Origin: a virus
DNA length: 42,383 nucleotides
Strand: one strand, 5' to 3'
IMG/VR virus record: IMGVR_UViG_3300034072_000964
Span: 1-42,383 of that record
Shown here: positions 39,575 to 42,383 of the stretch, piece after piece
Numbering within the stretch: position 1 is the first letter of the stretch
How the letters are laid out: every line of letters starts with the position of its first letter
Translations under genes and position numbers: made by a program
The notes under the pieces: model-generated
Told to the model about the DNA's origin: nothing
Database searches by the model: none
The model's input: the letters and a program-made list of their open reading frames with translations, nothing else

Positions 39575-42383
39575 GTTCTTTCTCTTCCGTATCCTGCAAT
39601 AATAATATCAGCCGTTCTGGAAACATAGGTTAGGCTGATCCGATTATAAACTTTTACTGTAAAAGTGCTAGGGCTTTTTTCTGTATATTCCAGTTCATCC
39701 GCCGCATCCCCATCTTGAATTGTTGTTGAAATAGCTGGGATTTCTTTAAACGCCGGAACAAAAGTTAATGCCAATCCCTCAACAGGTATTGTTACATCTT
39801 CGATTTTTTCAATTCTATCCGGCATATCAATGGAAACCGCAAGGCCGGAAACCTTAGGGGATATTCCGTATTGAAGGCTCGTAAGTTTTATCCTGAATTG
39901 AATGGCCCAGAAAGAGATATTCCCAGCGCGAAACTCTGCCCAATCGCTCCAATTATTTAGGGCCGGATCATCCGTTGTTACCCTATATTGAAGTTGTACT
40001 TCCCATGCATCAGATCCAATACCGAAAACATCTGACAAAGAAAAAATATCATCCTCAGATAAAAGATCATTTCCGCCAGCGCCGAAAACATCCGCCATTG
40101 CAAAAATATCAGCAACGGAAAAAATATTATTTATAAAAACGCCATTAGCAATAACAGATGCGCCAACAAAAGATGTAAAGAGCGCGCCCAGATCCAAAGA
40201 GTTTGCAAAATAGTAATACCCTTCAGCCGTATCAACATCATTCAAAACGACTCCGCCATCAACATAAGTTGTATTGGTTTTTGCTCCAGTAAAATCTGGG
40301 GCTTCATCCAAAACGGCAATGGCGTTTAAAAGATTCCCAGGATCATAAGTTATAACCGCCGTTGCATTTGCGGATTCATTCCCAGACAAATCAACAAATT
40401 TAATCAGATAAGTACCTGGCAGAAACGGAGTCGAGAATCTGTTTTCAGTTACCAGATCTTTCAACAGCTGGGCTGTATCCCATGTTGCGCCAATAAATTG
40501 AGAGCTATAACGGACTCTTGCGCCCCTTATATCAATTGCCTGAGAAGGATTCCATTCAAAGATGGCTGTATTGTCGCTTATATCAACAACAAAGCCTGTA
40601 ACATCATCCGGCAATCCTGATGCGCCAATGAATTTATATCCATTGATTTCCAGTGGAAGAGATTGCATAGAGCCGCCAGCGCGATAATAACGGATATGAA
40701 TATCATAAAGCGTATCATCATCAAGACCAGTTAATATGATACGCTCAGGAGTCGACTCTAAAACATTTGCATTATTCAGTTTATCAGTTCCTGAAACCCT
40801 GACTTTTACAGATGTTAAAATATTTTCTTCATTATTATTTTTTAAAGTGATAATGGCGCGGGGCGTGAAAGATCCATCAGAGTTTCTGAGCATAACCGAC
40901 TCATCAGATTGAATCGTTATCAGCTCAGGCGGTACTGGCCTTTTGAAAACAAGCGGCTCAGTAATGCGGCTATTCCAAACTGGAATAGGGGAATTTTCAG
41001 CCGTGAAAATTTCAGGCGCATAATCAATGGCTGTAAGTTTGGCGCTCAGATCATCTTGCGGCTCAATACGGGTTAGAATAACATCGACTTCCCCGCCAGC
41101 CTCAACAATATATCCAAGATCGCCGATAAGCGGCAAAATACTGTTATCATCAATACTTAGCGGCCTATCAAATGGCGTTGTAAAAACAAAAGTTTTCGTT
41201 TCGCCAACAGATGTATTCAGCTGTTTATACATTTGGCTCCCATCAGATAATCTAAGCCTCATATAAAATGTTGATGCGCTGGGGATTGCAACCGTATCAT
41301 CAAAAGTAATGCTGGTAATCTTGCCAGAGCCATCAACAGCGAAAGATTTAATCCGGCCATCACCAACTGCAATGAGCGGAATATCATGGGCCAGCTTTAC
41401 ACGATCGCCACGAATGGCAACAAGGTTTTCAAAATCCATTACAACTGAATGAGACTCAGGGCGCAAAACAATTGCGGCGAAATGGCGCTTGCCTGTTTTG
41501 AAAGCAAAATCAGAATTGGTACAATGCATCAGTTCCAAAACTTCAAAATCTGTTGCGGGAATCAGGCCATTAGATCCATCCTCATTATATCCATCCCTGT
41601 AAACAATTCTTTCGTCTTGTTGAAATCCTTTTTCTTCATTTCTGAATTGGACTCTCAAGGCATGGGGAAGATCCGCATAAATCAATTCAGCGGAATAATC
41701 GCGGCTGTTGCGCGGGGTTATGATTTGAACAATGTCATTTTTTATTCTATCAATCGCAACCGATCTTTTCCCATCAACAATAGCGGGGCTTGCGCTTCCC
41801 GCGCTGGCTATATCCTGCAAAACATCCTCAAGGGAAGTTTCATAATCTATAACCCTGTTATAAGAATATCCCTGTTGTTCGCAATGGATATGCCAATCCT
41901 CAAGGCCAGCAATATCAATTTTTGAATCAGCCAGTGGCTTTGCATTGGCCTCCCCCTGCAAAGCGTAACGATATATGGAAGCCGGATTTGAAGTAACTCT
42001 TTCTTCCCATAGGCCAGTATCGCTGTTGTAATCCGGAATTACCAAAGAGAAAATTCCATTCAACTGATCAAGAGCGCCGTTCAATTGATCTGTTGCTTTT
42101 ATGCGGATGGCAGTACCGTTTAAATTTGCCAGCTTAACAGGCGCGCCGTATTTTACGCTCCTGATCGCTGTAAAATAAACATCATTCAAAAATTGATCTG
42201 AATCGTTATCTAACGATAAGCGGCGGATTCTGAAATCATATTTCCCGTTTGTTGGGAAAACGACTCTGACAGAACGGCGCAAGGCTTCAGTTTGACTTGC
42301 AGTAATGTTTAACTGATTAACCGTTATAGATCCGCCGCTTATATGAAGCGAATTAGCGCCCGTAACAGATGGCGCAAAATCAG
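39571..42383 (-). CDS. Host-specificity / central tail-tip protein J-like, 3' part (same gene as 1..1442)
   Basis: The frame is open to the window end. The M of track ORF 39571..42282 is an internal TTG (Leu). Reconstructed gene: 1442..1 plus 42256..39571, or 4128 nt and 1375 aa. Size and position after the M/L/K-like genes fit gpJ / GTA g15. Confidence 0.75.
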   Translation of the reverse strand, partial: DFAPSVTGANSLHISGGSITVNQLNITASQTEALRRSVRVVFPTNGKYDFRIRRLSLDNDSDQFLNDVYFTAIRSVKYGAPVKLANLNGTAIRIKATDQLNGALDQLNGIFSLVIPDYNSDTGLWEERVTSNPASIYRYALQGEANAKPLADSKIDIAGLEDWHIHCEQQGYSYNRVIDYETSLEDVLQDIASAGSASPAIVDGKRSVAIDRIKNDIVQIITPRNSRDYSAELIYADLPHALRVQFRNEEKGFQQDERIVYRDGYNEDGSNGLIPATDFEVLELMHCTNSDFAFKTGKRHFAAIVLRPESHSVVMDFENLVAIRGDRVKLAHDIPLIAVGDGRIKSFAVDGSGKITSITFDDTVAIPSASTFYMRLRLSDGSQMYKQLNTSVGETKTFVFTTPFDRPLSIDDNSILPLIGDLGYIVEAGGEVDVILTRIEPQDDLSAKLTAIDYAPEIFTAENSPIPVWNSRITEPLVFKRPVPPELITIQSDESVMLRNSDGSFTPRAIITLKNNNEENILTSVKVRVSGTDKLNNANVLESTPERIILTGLDDDTLYDIHIRYYRAGGSMQSLPLEINGYKFIGASGLPDDVTGFVVDISDNTAIFEWNPSQAIDIRGARVRYSSQFIGATWDTAQLLKDLVTENRFSTPFLPGTYLIKFVDLSGNESANATAVITYDPGNLLNAIAVLDEAPDFTGAKTNTTYVDGGVVLNDVDTAEGYYYFANSLDLGALFTSFVGASVIANGVFINNIFSVADIFAMADVFGAGGNDLLSEDDIFSLSDVFGIGSDAWEVQLQYRVTTDDPALNNWSDWAEFRAGNISFWAIQFRIKLTSLQYGISPKVSGLAVSIDMPDRIEKIEDVTIPVEGLALTFVPAFKEIPAISTTIQDGDAADELEYTEKSPSTFTVKVYNRISLTYVSRTADIIIAGYGRERT
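42257..42383. repeat. Direct terminal repeat, exact copy of 1..127
   Basis: Identical base for base to 1-127. Confidence 0.97.

Noticed and set aside
42280-42282. Start codon of the 903-aa track ORF
   Set aside because: The codon is TTG and the frame stays open upstream to the window end and, across the junction, to 1442. It is an internal leucine, not a start.
1-42383. Search for reverse transcriptase/DGR, retron, CRISPR-Cas, toxin-antitoxin pairs or defence islands
   Set aside because: No ORF shows RT (YxDD), Cas, or classic toxin-fold motifs. The only TA-like arrangement is the speculative RHH/micropeptide pair reported as a finding.

Overview
The window is a complete, circularly assembled genome of a tailed dsDNA phage. 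The unit length is 42,256 bp, and bases 1-127 recur exactly at 42257-42383. The phage has an HK97-type packaging and head module and a lambda/GTA-like non-contractile tail. About 73 genes are packed almost end to end.

One minus-strand block runs from 22813 down through base 1, across the junction, to 34201. In order it encodes:
- early-left genes: Prim-Pol primase-helicase, VRR-NUC, MazG-like and HNH;
- terS, a PP-loop enzyme and terL;
- portal, prohead protease and major capsid;
- a gp6-like connector;
- an inserted fibre cassette: an Ig-like protein, a collagen-like protein, a 749-aa beta-helix-like protein and an Imm-type membrane protein;
- adaptor, gp10 and tail terminator;
- major tail protein and G/GT chaperones with an A_AAA_AAG -1 frameshift site;
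- tape measure and M/L/K-like tip proteins;
- a reconstructed 1375-aa I-J-like host-specificity protein that is cut by the window ends;
- fibre genes and a lysis cassette (membrane proteins, SLT-like endolysin, overlapped spanins).

An 11.3-kb plus-strand block (22940-34232) encodes a Sak4-like ATPase, a DUF669 protein, a PD-(D/E)xK nuclease, two orphan methyltransferases, an HNH protein, an SF2 helicase and many small ORFs. Its last gene is a GcrA homologue, which points to an alphaproteobacterial host.

I saw no integrase, CI-type repressor, tRNA, CRISPR array or reverse transcriptase.

The most interesting signals are:
- a PP-loop/PAPS-reductase-like gene wedged between terS and terL;
- two copies of a 50-nt promoter-like module carrying a GANTC site in identical register, in a phage that also encodes GcrA and an adenine methyltransferase;
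- a 12-mer leader motif present in three 5' UTRs, with an inverted copy;
- a 100-nt element closed by a perfect 19-bp inverted repeat;
- the fibre/Imm cassette inserted in the head-tail joining module.

All family calls rest on motifs and gene order recognised by eye. No database search or structure prediction was possible.
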